Part shown: positions 30,880-43,626 of the stretch, one piece after another
Numbering within the stretch: position 1 is the stretch's first letter
How the letters are laid out: each line of letters starts with the position of its first letter
DNA from: Neocallimastix sp. 'constans'
Lineage: Eukaryota
DNA: 64,000 bases
Direction of reading: 5' to 3'
NCBI GenBank assembly: GCA_050613775.1
Contig: JBODTK010000155.1
Span: 62,001 to 126,000 of the forward strand
Position numbers and translations under genes: made by a program
The notes under the pieces: generated by a model
The model's input: only the letters and a program-made list of their open reading frames with translations
What the model was told of the DNA's origin: nothing
Databases searched by the model: none

Positions 30880-33435
30880 TATTTTATTTTATTTTATTCA
30901 ATCTGTACTTTCTTATTTAATATTCTACTTTTTATTTTATTCAATCTGTACTTTCTTATTTAATATTCTACTTTTTATTTTATTTTATTATATTTTATTA
31001 TATTTTATTTTATTTTATTTTATTTTATTTTATTTTATTTTATTTTATTTTATTTTATTTTATTTTATTTTATTTTATTTTATTTTATTTTATTTTATTT
31101 TATTTTATTTTATTTTATTTTATTTTATTTTATTTTATTTTATTTAATCTGTACTTTATATTCAAATTTGTACTATTTATTTTATTTTATTTTATTTTAT
31201 TCAATCTGTACTTTCTTATTTAATATTCTACTTTTTATTTTATTTTATTATATTTTATTATATTTTATTATATTTTATTATATTTTATTTTATTTTATTA
31301 TATTTTATTTTATTTTATTTTATTTTATTTTATTTTATTTTATTTTATTTTATTTTATTTTATTTTATTTTATTTTATTTTATTTTATTTTATTTTATTT
31401 TATTTTATTTTATTTTATTTTATTTTATTTTATTTTATTTTATTTTATTTTATTTTATTTTATTTTATTTTATTTTATTTTATTTTATTTTATTTTATTT
31501 TATTTTATTTTATTTTATTTTATTTTATTTTATTTTATTTTATTTTATTTTATTTTATTTTATTTTATTTTATTTTATTCAATCTGTACTTTCTTATTTA
31601 ATATTCTACTTTTTATTTTATTTTATTTTATTTTATTTAATCTGTACTTTATATTCAAATTTGTACTATTTATTTTATTTTATTTTATTCAATCTTATTC
31701 AATCTTACTTTCTTATTTATTATTTATTTTTTATTTTATTTTATTATATTTTATTTTATTTTATTTTATTTTATTTTATTTTATTATATTTTATTTTATT
31801 TTATTTTATTTTATTTTATTTTATTTTATTTTATTTTATTTTATTTTATTTTATTTTATTTTATTTTATTTTATTTTATTTTATTTTATTTTATTTTATT
31901 TTATTTTATTTTATTTTATTTTATTTTATTTTATTTTATTTTATTTTATTTTATTTTATTTTATTTTATTTTATTTTATTTTATTTTATTTTATTTTATT
32001 TTATTTTATTTTATTTTATTTTATTTTATTTTATTTTATTTTATTTTATTTTATTTTATTTTATTTTTTATTTTATTTTATTTTATTTTATTTTATTTTA
32101 TTTTATTTTATTTTATTTTATTTTATTTTATTTTATTTTATTTTATTTTATTTTATTTTATTTTATTTTATTTTATTTTATTTTATTTTATTTTATTTTA
32201 TTCAATCTGTACTTTCTTATTTAATATTCTACTTTTTATTTTATTTTATTTTATTTTATTTAATCTGTACTTTATATTCAAATTTGTACTATTTATTTTA
32301 TTTTATTTTATTTTATTCAATCTGTACTTTCTTATTTAATATTCTACTTTTTATTTTATTTTATTTTATTTTATTCAATCTGTACTTTCTTATTTAATAT
32401 TCTACTTTTTATTTTATTTTATTTTATTTTATTCAATCTGTACTTTCTTATTTAATATTCTACTTTTTATTTTATTTTATTTTATTTTATTCAATCTGTA
32501 CTTTCTTATTTAATATTCTACTTTTTATTTTATTTTATTTTATTTTATTCAATCTGTACTTTCTTATTTAATATTCTACTTTTTATTTTATTTTATTTTA
32601 TTTTATTCAATCTGTACTTTCTTATTTAATATTCTACTTTTTATTTTATTTTATTTTATTTTATTCAATCTGTACTTTCTTATTTAATATTCTACTTTTT
32701 ATTTTATTTTATTTTATTTTATTTTATTTTATTTTATTTTATTCAATCTGTACTTTCTTATTTAATATTCCACTTTTTATTTTATTTTATTTTATTTTAT
32801 TTTATTTTATTTTATTTTATTTTATTTTATTCAATCTGTACTTTCTTATTTAATATTCCACTTTTTATTTTATTTTATTTTATTTTATTTTATTTTATTT
32901 TATTCAATCTGTACTTTCTTATTTAATATTCCACTTTTTATTTTATTTTATTTTATTTTATTTTATTTTATTTTATTTTATTTTATTTTATTCAATCTGT
33001 ACATTCTTATTTAATATTCCACTTTTTATTTTATTTTATTTTATTTTATTTTATTTTATTCAATCTGTACTTTCTTAATTAATATTCTACTTTTTATTTT
33101 ATTTTATTATATTTTATTTTATTTTATTTTATTTTATTTCATTTCATTTTATTTTATTCAATCTGTACTTATATTTATGTTTCTACTATTTATTTTATTT
33201 TATTTTATTTTATTTTATTTTATTTTATTTCATTTTATTTTATTTTATTTTATTCAATCTGTACTTTCTTAATTAATATTCTACTTTTTATTTTATTTTA
33301 TTATATTTTATTTTATTTTATTTTATTTTATTTCATTTCATTTTATTTTATTCAATCTGTACTTATATTTATGTTTCTACTATTTATTTTATTTTATTTT
33401 ATTTCATTTTATTTTATTTTATTCAATCTGTATTT
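30880..33435. repeat. Composite satellite: about 25 copies of a 35-nt unit (caatctgtactttcttatttaatattctacttttt and variants) separated by variable (ATTTT)n
   Basis: Units start at e.g. 30899, 30942, 31202, 31580, 32203, then 32318/32376/32434/32492/32550/32608/32666 (exact 58-bp period), 32744, 32832, 32905, 32993, 33061 and 33255. Confidence 0.92.
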
Positions 33436-34221
33436 TCTGTTGATAATATAAACAAAGTATTAATGTATTAATAATAATTAATAATATTTAAAATAAAATA
33501 AAAAAAATATAATAATTATTTTATATATGTAGTAATTATATATATATATATATTTTTATTTTTCTAAAAAAAGTTTTTTTAGTCATAATAAACGTTTGTC
33601 TTAATTATTTTTATTATTATTTAAAAATTTATTTATTCATTTATAATTTATTTATTCATTTATTTATTTATTACATTATAATACGCCATGTTTTCCGAAA
33701 TACACTACAACAAAATACAAATTTATGTAATAAAAATTTTCGAAATGACACACCCCCAATGTGTTACATCTCATTTCGGAACGTGGCTTAAAATATAAAT
33801 ATAATTTAATTCGTAATTTAACGCCGCACATTTTAATTTTAGAAATAAATAAATATAAATGTTTTTTTTTTTTTTTTAAATTTAAAAATTAAATATTATT
33901 AAATATTTTATTATTATTTTAAACAAAAAATATTAAAATAAATTTTAAAAATTAAATAATATTAAATAATATTAAATATTATTTTATTATTAGTATTAAA
34001 ATAAAAAATATTATTGATAATTATTCTAATATCTTAGAAAAAGAAATATTAAAATATAACTTTAAAATTAAATATTATTAAATAAATAATAGTTAATTTT
34101 TAATAAAAAAAAAAAAAAAATTATCGTATCTTATTTCGTAATTTGATACTTTTTAAATTTTTATTTTACAATTAAAAATAACTTTTTCAATTTTTTTTTT
34201 TTTATAATTATTACATACTTA

Positions 34222-35478
34222 TTATAATTTAAAAATAAGATCCATTTCTTCTTTTAAATAAACTTTAAATTTTTCATCAAAATTTATTGGCATTAAAGTA
34301 GCCATATATATTTTTTCATCTGTGTGATAACAATGTGTTGCAAAGGAATAAAATTCATTATTACAATCCATTGAGATATTAAATAATGGATTATTTCCAT
34401 TGATACGTCCAATATTAGAAGAAGCAACAACAGCTTGCTTATGGAAATCAGGCATTTTTTCTGGTGGTGTATACTTAAGTGTTACTGGATCAACGGACAT
34501 ACCACTTCTTAAAATTTGTGCAATGTTGCCAAGTTTTGGTTTACTTTCTAATAATTTTTGCATACAATGTTTTATGTCTTCTAATACTGTATCCTGACCT
34601 ATTACACATGGGAATAAAGCTCCAGCATTACAGAAAAATTTTTGATTTCTAAATGTTTCTGTAGCGTATTGTGAAGGTCTGGCATCACACGGTGTATAAT
34701 TCCAGAGAGGGGTTTCCTTAGGTAAATTATTATATTTTCGTGTGGCACGAGTGGTCATAGCTATTAACATAGCTTGTACTGTAACATTATTTTCTTTACA
34801 GAATTTGGAAATTGGTGGATAATCATAAATATTGTGAATAGTAACGTATCCTTCTGGTTTTGGAAGTTTCGGTAATACAGAAAGTTCAGTTATTTCACTC
34901 CAAGTTTTTGGGGGTTGATTATAAATAGAAGGATCTAAATCATGAAAATTCCCAAGTTGATTGAATGAACAAAGAGGAGTATCCATCTTTTCCAATTGTT
35001 CACCATTAATTATTTTTCTAAGAAGATCATACATATAAAATACAGTTCTTCCATCACTTACAGCATGTAATGCTGAAAATGTTAATTTTGTTTTGTTATT
35101 GTTTAATTGACATATTTTAAATAAGAAACTTACAATGACATCTTTTTCTTCTTCATCACGAACATTCTGAAAAGGTGTTATTGTTTTATATTCATTGCTT
35201 AACATATTTTCAATTTCCTCATTTTCATTCCAATTTACTTCTTCAAGATGAATTTTAAATGGTTTTTTGATCCAAAACGAACTTCCGTCCATTATTTTTA
35301 CTGTTAGATTAAATATTTCAATTTTTGATAAATTATCTTGTGCATTTCGCTTAAAATCTTCAACTGAAAATTTTGGAAAAACATCAGTTACGTTTAAATA
35401 GCCACCAATTAGACAACATTCATATCCATCTAAGGGTCTTATAATTCTATTATCCTTTTTAATATATTCTTCCCACAT
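34222..35478 (-). CDS. CoA-dependent acyltransferase / stand-alone condensation-domain protein (alcohol acetyltransferase-like), 418 aa, intronless
   Basis: HxxxDG catalytic motif in LTFSALHAVSDGRTVF; N-terminal IIRPLDGYE; CKENNVTVQAMLIA, PCDAR and SSNIGR segments typical of the second CAT-like lobe. Confidence 0.75.
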   Translation of the reverse strand: MWEEYIKKDNRIIRPLDGYECCLIGGYLNVTDVFPKFSVEDFKRNAQDNLSKIEIFNLTVKIMDGSSFWIKKPFKIHLEEVNWNENEEIENMLSNEYKTITPFQNVRDEEEKDVIVSFLFKICQLNNNKTKLTFSALHAVSDGRTVFYMYDLLRKIINGEQLEKMDTPLCSFNQLGNFHDLDPSIYNQPPKTWSEITELSVLPKLPKPEGYVTIHNIYDYPPISKFCKENNVTVQAMLIAMTTRATRKYNNLPKETPLWNYTPCDARPSQYATETFRNQKFFCNAGALFPCVIGQDTVLEDIKHCMQKLLESKPKLGNIAQILRSGMSVDPVTLKYTPPEKMPDFHKQAVVASSNIGRINGNNPLFNISMDCNNEFYSFATHCYHTDEKIYMATLMPINFDEKFKVYLKEEMDLIFKL

Positions 35479-36479
35479 TTTGTTTGCTTTTAAAATTTTA
35501 ATTTAATTTTTGTAACTATTAATTATTTATAATATTAAAGTTTCTACTGATTTATTGTTATTTAATTATTATTATTTATTTTATTAACATAAATAAATAA
35601 TAAATTTGTATTATTAATTATATTACTTAATTTTATTTAGAATGTTTTTTTAATATTAATATTTAGTTATAAAAGTTTTCCTTTTTTTCTTTAGTTAACT
35701 TCTTTTTCTTTTTTTTTTTTTTTTTTTTTTTTTAATTCAGAAAAAAATTTTAAATTATTATTACGTTTTATAATATATTTATAAAAAAAAAAATTATAAT
35801 TTCAAAATTTACAATAAATATTAATTATTAGATTTTCAAACTAATCAAAATTACAAAAAAATTTTTTTCGTACAAAATGTATGAAATCATAGTTTTTTTT
35901 TTTGTGTAAAACTTATATTTTGTTAATTAAATCAAATATTATAACTAAAATATAATTAATGTATTGTTGTATTGTAAAAAAAGGCAAAATTAAAGGATTG
36001 AAATAGATAATATACATATTTCTTTTGATTAATGATATAATATCACACAATCCTTTCCAATAAAAAGAAATAGACAGAAGAGAACGTTTTAAAATAATGT
36101 TAGAAAATAAAATTATTAAAATAATATAGTAATAATTGATAAAAAAAAAAAAAAGATAGAAGAAATCTTATAAATTTATTTTTTTATCTGGTTTTGTAAA
36201 TACAATGAAAGTTAATACTTATATAAAAGAATTAAATTTTATATTAAATATGCTTTACATTAAAAAATTTTTTGTACATTATTAGGCATTAATAGTTGAA
36301 AATTTTGAAAGTTTTGAAATTTCATTTTTTTGTGTTTAAAATTTTTAAAAATTAAATTAAAAAAATTAATAAAAAAAAAATTCTAAAAAAATTATGTAAA
36401 AAAATTATAAAAAAATTATAAAAAAATTATTATTATTATTATTTTTTTTTTTTTTTGGTTTTTTTTTAATAAAGAAAAA

Positions 36480-37973
36480 CTTGAAAAAAATCATCTTCAT
36501 TAATTAAGGTTCGGAGGTGCCATTCTCTTTTTATTTAGCATGATTCTTATAAAACATCTTTGATGGTAATAATAGTATAATTTTTTATGATTAAAACTTG
36601 TTCTTATATTTTTAATATATTTAAAAACTAGAATTTATATTAGGTAATAAAAAGGATTCATTCATTGATGGATAAAATCCATAATTAATAGAGAAAGGTG
36701 TTACTTTCATAGATTTATTGATAGAATTATTATAAAAAAATTTAGTAAAGTAGATTTCATCAATCTGATCATCATGACAATAAGATTTTGAGTATGTTCT
36801 TAAATATTGTTCAATGAAAGAATATCATCTTTCAACTTGTCCGACTGTTTCATAATGGTCCAATTATAATAAAGTTGAATATCATCAATAATTCTTTCTA
36901 AAAGGTCATTAACAATGCTAATGAAACTTTGAATTTCTTTAACACTTTTTAATATCTTGAATATTTTCAGTTTTTTCTTCGATATAATTGCTAAATATTA
37001 CTAGGCCTTCTTGACAAGCTGTCTGATTTTTCCATTTTTTCCCCCTGTCTACTATATCATAAAATTATATTACTAGAAGAAAAAGTTTCTTCTATTTTGT
37101 CTTTGATTTTGCGACTTTTCCCCCTAATGTATATATTAAAATTTTTATGATCGGTAAAAGAAATAATTTGGTATTTAGCATCAAGAAGTAGATTGTTTCC
37201 AAGTAATGAATGCACCCTTTATAGCGAGATGTTCTTTGTCAATAATGGTATAATTTATTTCAACATTTAATAAATTTCTAGAATAATATGCTACTGAATG
37301 TAAATTATTTTCTTTATTTCTTTATGATAGAACAGCACCAATAGTATAATTACTTGTATCGCGTTCTACTATAAAAGGTTTTGTAATATCAGGATGATAT
37401 AGAATTGGAGAAGTTGTTAATCTTTTTTTAAATTATTTAAAAGGCATTCTCACATTTATTTGTCTATAAAAAATTTAATATTTTTCTTGGTTAAATTATG
37501 TAAAAGGTTTTGTAATTCTTTTTTTTGCAAAATTTTTTTAGTGAGTCTTCTATAGTAATTACATAGGCCAATAAATCCTTTGAACATCTTTTAAATTTTT
37601 TCTGGCCTTGACCACTCTTTTATTGATTTAATTTTCTTTGGGTCAGTAGATACACCATCACAAGATAAAAATGTATCCTAAAAATTCAACCTTATTTTGG
37701 TCAAATTCACATTTTTCTATTTTTATGTTTAAATTATTATTAATTAAAGTCTGGAGGACATTTCTGACTTAATTATTAATGCTCCTCTAAATCATTGGAA
37801 TAAATTAGAATATCATTCTGACGGTCTAATTTTTTTTATATATATATATATAATCCTTTTAAAACTTAAGATTCTTCTTCTGTTAATAGGTAAATCGGAC
37901 CATAAATGAAGTGTAGCATCTTTTTCTAAGACTATTTTACAATCAGTTAAACGGTGAGGAGGTAGTTTGTCTG

Positions 37974-38024
<51 letters not shown>

Positions 38025-38432
38025 ACATTTAATAAATCTTAATTTTGAGGAAAGAGGAGTATCTTTCATTTTTTTGGGTCTTCATTTTCAATACTTATTT
38101 CCTTCATTCATTGAAAGAAATGAATCTATTAAAAAAATATGATTATATCTGTTTTTAAAGCTAACTAAATCTTTATAATCTTTGTTAAAATTTTTTTGAA
38201 GAAAATTTACTTTTTGATTTATTTAAATACTTATAATTTTTTAAAAGTTTTTTTTACATTTTTTATAAATTTTTTTTTTTTTTTATATTTATTGAACTTT
38301 GAAATCTTGAAAATTTTTGAAAAAATTTTAATATTTTTTAAATTAAATCTTTTGGAGATATTTTTAATTTTATTTTATTTTATTTTATTTTTATTTTTAT
38401 TTTATTTTATTTTTATTTTTATTTTATTTTTA

Positions 38433-38463
<31 letters not shown>

Positions 38464-39071
38464 TTTATTTTATTTTATTTTATTTTTTTTTTTTTTTATT
38501 TATTTTTTTGTTTTTTTGTTTATCTTTTTAAAAATTTTTATTATTGAAAATTTTTCTTTTCAATAAGTTTAAATTAAAATTATTTACTTTATTATTAATG
38601 GATTTATTTTTATTTTTTATTTTTATTTGAAGAATTATCATTTAAATAAGAATATAAAGTATTATTTTCATAATGATAATGAATTTTGAATATTCTAATA
38701 AACTGATTACCTAATAAAAGTAAATCAATAGGAATGTAATTTTTCTTTAAAAATTTCAAAAATAAAATTCATTATTTTTAAAAAAATTTTATTTGAAAAT
38801 TTAACCAAATTAAGTTGGTCTAATTTAGTAGTTCTTCTTGAAATACCTTTGACAATAATTTTGTATTTTTTTTTTTTTTTTGAATTTTTTTCTTTTTTTT
38901 TTTTTTTTTTTTTTTTTTTGAAGTTTTAATTAAAATACATTTACTAATTTTTCTGTAATAAAAATTACAAAAAGAGCCTTAATCTAACATTGATTCAGAT
39001 GTTAATTTTTGAATATTTTCATTTTTAATTTCATAATTATTTAACAAAATATAATAGGAATATATGATTTA

Positions 39072-39129
<58 letters not shown>

Positions 39130-39131
39130 TA

Positions 39132-39180
<49 letters not shown>

Positions 39181-39182
39181 TA

Positions 39183-39249
<67 letters not shown>

Positions 39250-40262
39250 GTGGATGATAAATTTGAATTATTGATGATTCATCTCATTATTAATACCAAT
39301 TTCTTTCGCCATTTTTTATGCATGATTTAACAAATTTTATTTTTACATCTTCTGGAAATCCTAAATTTGGATAAGTAGCGAAAGTATCTATACATAATTA
39401 ACATAATAAATATGTCTCATTAGTGTTAACCAGAAAAAAGTACAGGTTCAGGAATTTATTGTATATTATTGGAAAAGATAAAAAAAAATAACTACTTTAA
39501 TGATATCATTCATTATCTATAGTACATGTTATGAAAGTTGATACATTATCATCATGAGTTCCTTTTCTAACATTATCATTTGATAATTTTTGAACCTTGT
39601 TGAACATCTATACCCTAATTTATTTTTTCAAAAATTCAAAAATACTTATTAAAAAAAATTGATTTGTTTAATAATACTTTTGTCATCTTTGTTACGTGTA
39701 AATAACTTTCTCTGTAAATCTTGATTATAATTTTTAAAATCTTCTTTCGATAAATATATATATATATATCGAAAGAAGATTTTCAAAATTTATATATATA
39801 TATAAAATGAATCATTCACAAGTAGAACCTAATTATTTAACAGTAGTTTGCACATCAGACCTTAATTTATTGATTTCTGACATTGATGCAATATCATGTA
39901 TGACATTAGCACAGACGTTAATGTAGTCATGTGGTCATATCAAGGTATCAACTAAACTAGGGTAAGGTTATTGTTAAGATTTTAAATAGATTATGCTTTA
40001 TAATTTCAAGAAATAAATTAATATATTTTATTAAAAAAGGTTTACTAGGTCGATATGTCTATATCGTAATATGCTATATAGATCTATAAATGATAAAATA
40101 AGATATATATTTAATTAATTTGATTCAATACTAAAAAAAAAATTTATTTATTAACTTTAATAATTATAGTCATTTAATTAGTTCGATAAAATAATTTCTT
40201 TTATTTAATAATCAAAAAAAAGTATTACTATATATTAAGGTAATTTTATAATAACCTTAGCA
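36480..40262 (-). mobile_element. Highly decayed Ty3/Gypsy LTR retrotransposon relic
   Basis: Minus-strand remnants in Gypsy order: protease MLD*GSFCNF (about 38990), ADKLPPHRLTDCKIVL (about 37970), RT NDILIYS and IEKCEFDQNKVEFLGYI (37810-37670), RNase [51 protein letters not shown] and FTDHKN (37420-37140), integrase GQVER*..EQYLRTY..YNNS..TPFSINYGFYP (36850-36670). Many stops, frameshifts and deletions. Confidence 0.88.
39972..40262 (-). repeat. Probable 5' LTR of the Gypsy relic (about 291 bp)
   Basis: Bounded by TG...CA with short terminal inverted repeats tgttaag / cttagca, directly upstream of the gag-pol remnants. No partner LTR was found. Confidence 0.5.
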
Positions 40263-40918
40263 AAATAGAAAAGAAATCTATCTTTTATGTTCTTTATAGG
40301 CAACATAATAAATAATAGTATTTAATTTTTTAAGATAATAATAATATAAATATTAATAAAATATTATAATAATAGTAATATCAATATGTTTAAAAAAATA
40401 TTTAAGAAAAATGAATAAATTTTAATTTATAATTATATATAGTAAAGTTTATATGATGATATGATATATACATATATATATGTATAATATAAATATATAC
40501 ACGTGATATCTTATATAAGTAATTTGAAATTAATTGTTGATGATTAAAATAATTCTTTTAAACAAAAGTTTATATATATTATTAACTGAAATTGAGATTG
40601 CAATTCAGTTTTAATTTCAACATTTTTTTTTTTTTTTAAAGAAAATTAAATAATCATTGGTAATTGTAGATGATTAATAATAAATCTATTATACTGTTTA
40701 AAATAAATAAAATAATATGATATAATATATAATATATAATTAATTTCTTTTTATTTTATTATTATTAAAAAAATAAATAATATATATTAAAATATATATT
40801 ATTAAAATATATTATACATTTTTAATTTTTTTTTTTTTTTTTATGTTTTCATTATTATCCATCAAACATCCTACATAAATATATTTTCTATTTGAATTGA
40901 AAATTTAATAGTTTCAAT

Positions 40919-41411
40919 ATGTTGATTGAATCATTATTCCCTGGAAAAACTTATCGTGAAGTAATATCATAAATTAAATTTCGAAATATTGATTTTTCAT
41001 TACATAATAAATATTACAATAATAATAATAATAATAATAATTTTTAATATAAGCAATCATAATATCAACATGAATAATTAATTTTTTTTTTTTTATATTA
41101 ATTTTTATTTACAAAATTTTATATGTACATATATTATTCAAATATATTTTTTTTTTTTTAAAAAAATAAATAAATAAATAAAAAAATAAATAAATTCAAC
41201 TTTCGAATTGTTTTATATCAGGTTGCTCATCAAATATTGAGCATTCTTATGGTTGCTGCTTCCGCTATGATGATGTGGAAGGGTTTAGGCGTTATTTGTA
41301 ATTCTGAAAGTCCAATTGTTGTTGTTTTAAGGTATATATATATATTTATAATAATGATTTATATATAAATAATTCAAAATGAATTTCTTTTTTTTTTTTT
41401 ATCTTTGATTA

Positions 41412-41454
<43 letters not shown>

Positions 41455-41789
41455 AAACAATGATATTAAATACCAATAAACATATTATTAACAAAACATA
41501 TTATTATAAAAATAATTATAATCAAAATAATGATGAAATAAAATTTATATTTATCCATTTAAATACTTAATACTTAACATATATTTAACTTAACATATAT
41601 TTATTAAAAAAAAAAAAAAAAAAAAAAAAAATAAGTGAAAGTATGGAACCAGCCTTCTCTCGTGGTGATTTATTATTTTTAACTTATTTCAAAAATGAAC
41701 CAATGGTTGTTGGTGATATTGTTGTTTACAAAATCCAAGGAAAAGATATTCCAATTGTTCACAGAGTATTAAAGATTCATAAAGAGTAA

Positions 41790-41829
<40 letters not shown>

Positions 41830-41869
41830 ATATTATTTATTATTTTTAATTTAAAAGAACAACCTTTTT

Positions 41870-41901
<32 letters not shown>

Positions 41902-42332
41902 TTAATATTTTTTTAATTATATATACATTTATCAATATTTATTATTACATGATACATCAATTATTTCTTGTAAAAATTACAATAATATAAACAATAACAA
42001 TAAAATATTAATATGGATATATTTTTTATTTTTTATTTTATTTTATTTTATTTTATTTTATTTTATTTTATTTTATTTTTATTAATATGAAAGTACTGAG
42101 ACTGGTGAAGAATACATTTTAACTAAGGGTGATAATAACAAAATCGATGACAGAGGTTTATACAATAAGGATCAATTATGGATTAAGAAATCTGATATTA
42201 TTGGAAAAGTTAAAGGGTAAATAATAAAAATAATAATAAATATAATAATAAATATAATATATGTATATATAAATTTATAATATTTATATTAATAAAGAAA
42301 AAAAAAAAAAAAAAAGTAGTTCATAATAATAA

Positions 42333-42389
<57 letters not shown>

Positions 42390-42676
42390 TATAGTAATAT
42401 TGATAATTATAAATAAAAATTAGATATAACAATATAACAATAATTATATAAGTTTTAAAATATCATGTATTATAAACTAATTCATTTTATTGTTATATGA
42501 TTATCTATCATTCATTCATTCAATTTTTTTTTTTTTTTATTATATACTACATTAGATATTTGCCATACGTTGGTTACTTCACTATTGTGATGTCAGATAA
42601 TCCAAAATTGAAGTACGCTCTTCTTGCCGTTTTAGCTATATTGATGTTTAATGAAAAGGATGATCAGAATAAATAA
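40919..42676 (+). CDS. SEC11: Signal peptidase complex catalytic subunit SEC11 (peptidase S26B)
   Basis: Exons 40919-40960, 41222-41331, 41636-41785, 42094-42216 and 42556-42676 (all GT-AG). The translation contains [48 protein letters not shown] and [11 protein letters not shown]. Confidence 0.96.
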
Positions 42677-43279
42677 ATAAAAAAAAAAAAAAAAAAAAAT
42701 TGGAAAGTAAAATAATTTAGTAAAAATTAAATATAAAATATAAAATATAAAAATATGAAAAAAATAAAAATCTTAATATAACTATATAAATAAAAGAAGA
42801 AAAAATATATATATATAGAAAAAATATTAAATATACATATAAAAGCAATAATAAAAAAATAAAAAAATAAATGAATAAATAAAAATAAAGAAAAGCAAAA
42901 AAATAAAAAATAAAAAAAAAAAATAAAAATGTATAAAAAAAATTTAATAGAAAATGAAATAAAGCCTACATAAAATAATAATTAGAATAATGAAGAATGA
43001 ATAATAATTATAATAAAGTAAAAAAAAAAAATAAATAACATATAAATTTTTTTTTTTTTAATCTATGTTTTTAATAATAATATATATTGAATATAATGAA
43101 TGTAATGAATATAATGAATATAATGAATATAATGAATATAATGAATATAATGAATATAATGAATATAATGTAGTATGATTTAATTTCGTTTTTTAATCGC
43201 CGTAATTTTTTTTTATTTTTTATTTTTATAATTTTTTTTTTATTCAATTTATCATCATCTAGTATATGGAAATAATGTA

Positions 43280-43320
<41 letters not shown>

Positions 43321-43390
43321 AAGTAGAAATAGTCATTAGGATAATAAAAAGATTTTACATATATTATTAATATTATTTTAAAAAGAAAAG

Positions 43391-43422
<32 letters not shown>

Positions 43423-43528
43423 AAAACTATTTTTTTTTTTTTTAACTTTTATTTATATATTTATTTATATTTTTCTTTATTTATAATTTATATATTTATA
43501 ATATTATAAAATATATTTTATACAGTCG

Positions 43529-43567
<39 letters not shown>

Positions 43568-43595
43568 CTAATTATAAAGTTGATCTAAATTATGA

Positions 43596-43626
<31 letters not shown>

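Larger units (their letters stand above)
27880..33757 (+). mobile_element. Full-length Mutator-like element (MULE) DNA transposon, 5878 bp
   Basis: Left TIR ggggagtgtgcatttcgaaaatttttattacaaaaatttgtattttgttgta; right TIR tacaacaaaatacaaatttatgtaataaaaattttcgaaatgacacaccccc. Perfect 9-bp TSD aatgtgtta at 27871-27879 and 33758-33766. Contains a MULE transposase. Confidence 0.95.

Noticed and set aside
31168..32397. 409-aa and 187-aa FILFY ORFs
   Set aside because: Translations of a stop-free pentanucleotide satellite.
30880..33435. CRISPR array
   Set aside because: The spacers are only (ATTTT)n of variable length with no unique sequence; there are no cas genes and the context is eukaryotic.
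35500..36480. 3' LTR of the Gypsy relic
   Set aside because: No recognisable copy of 39972-40262 by eye.
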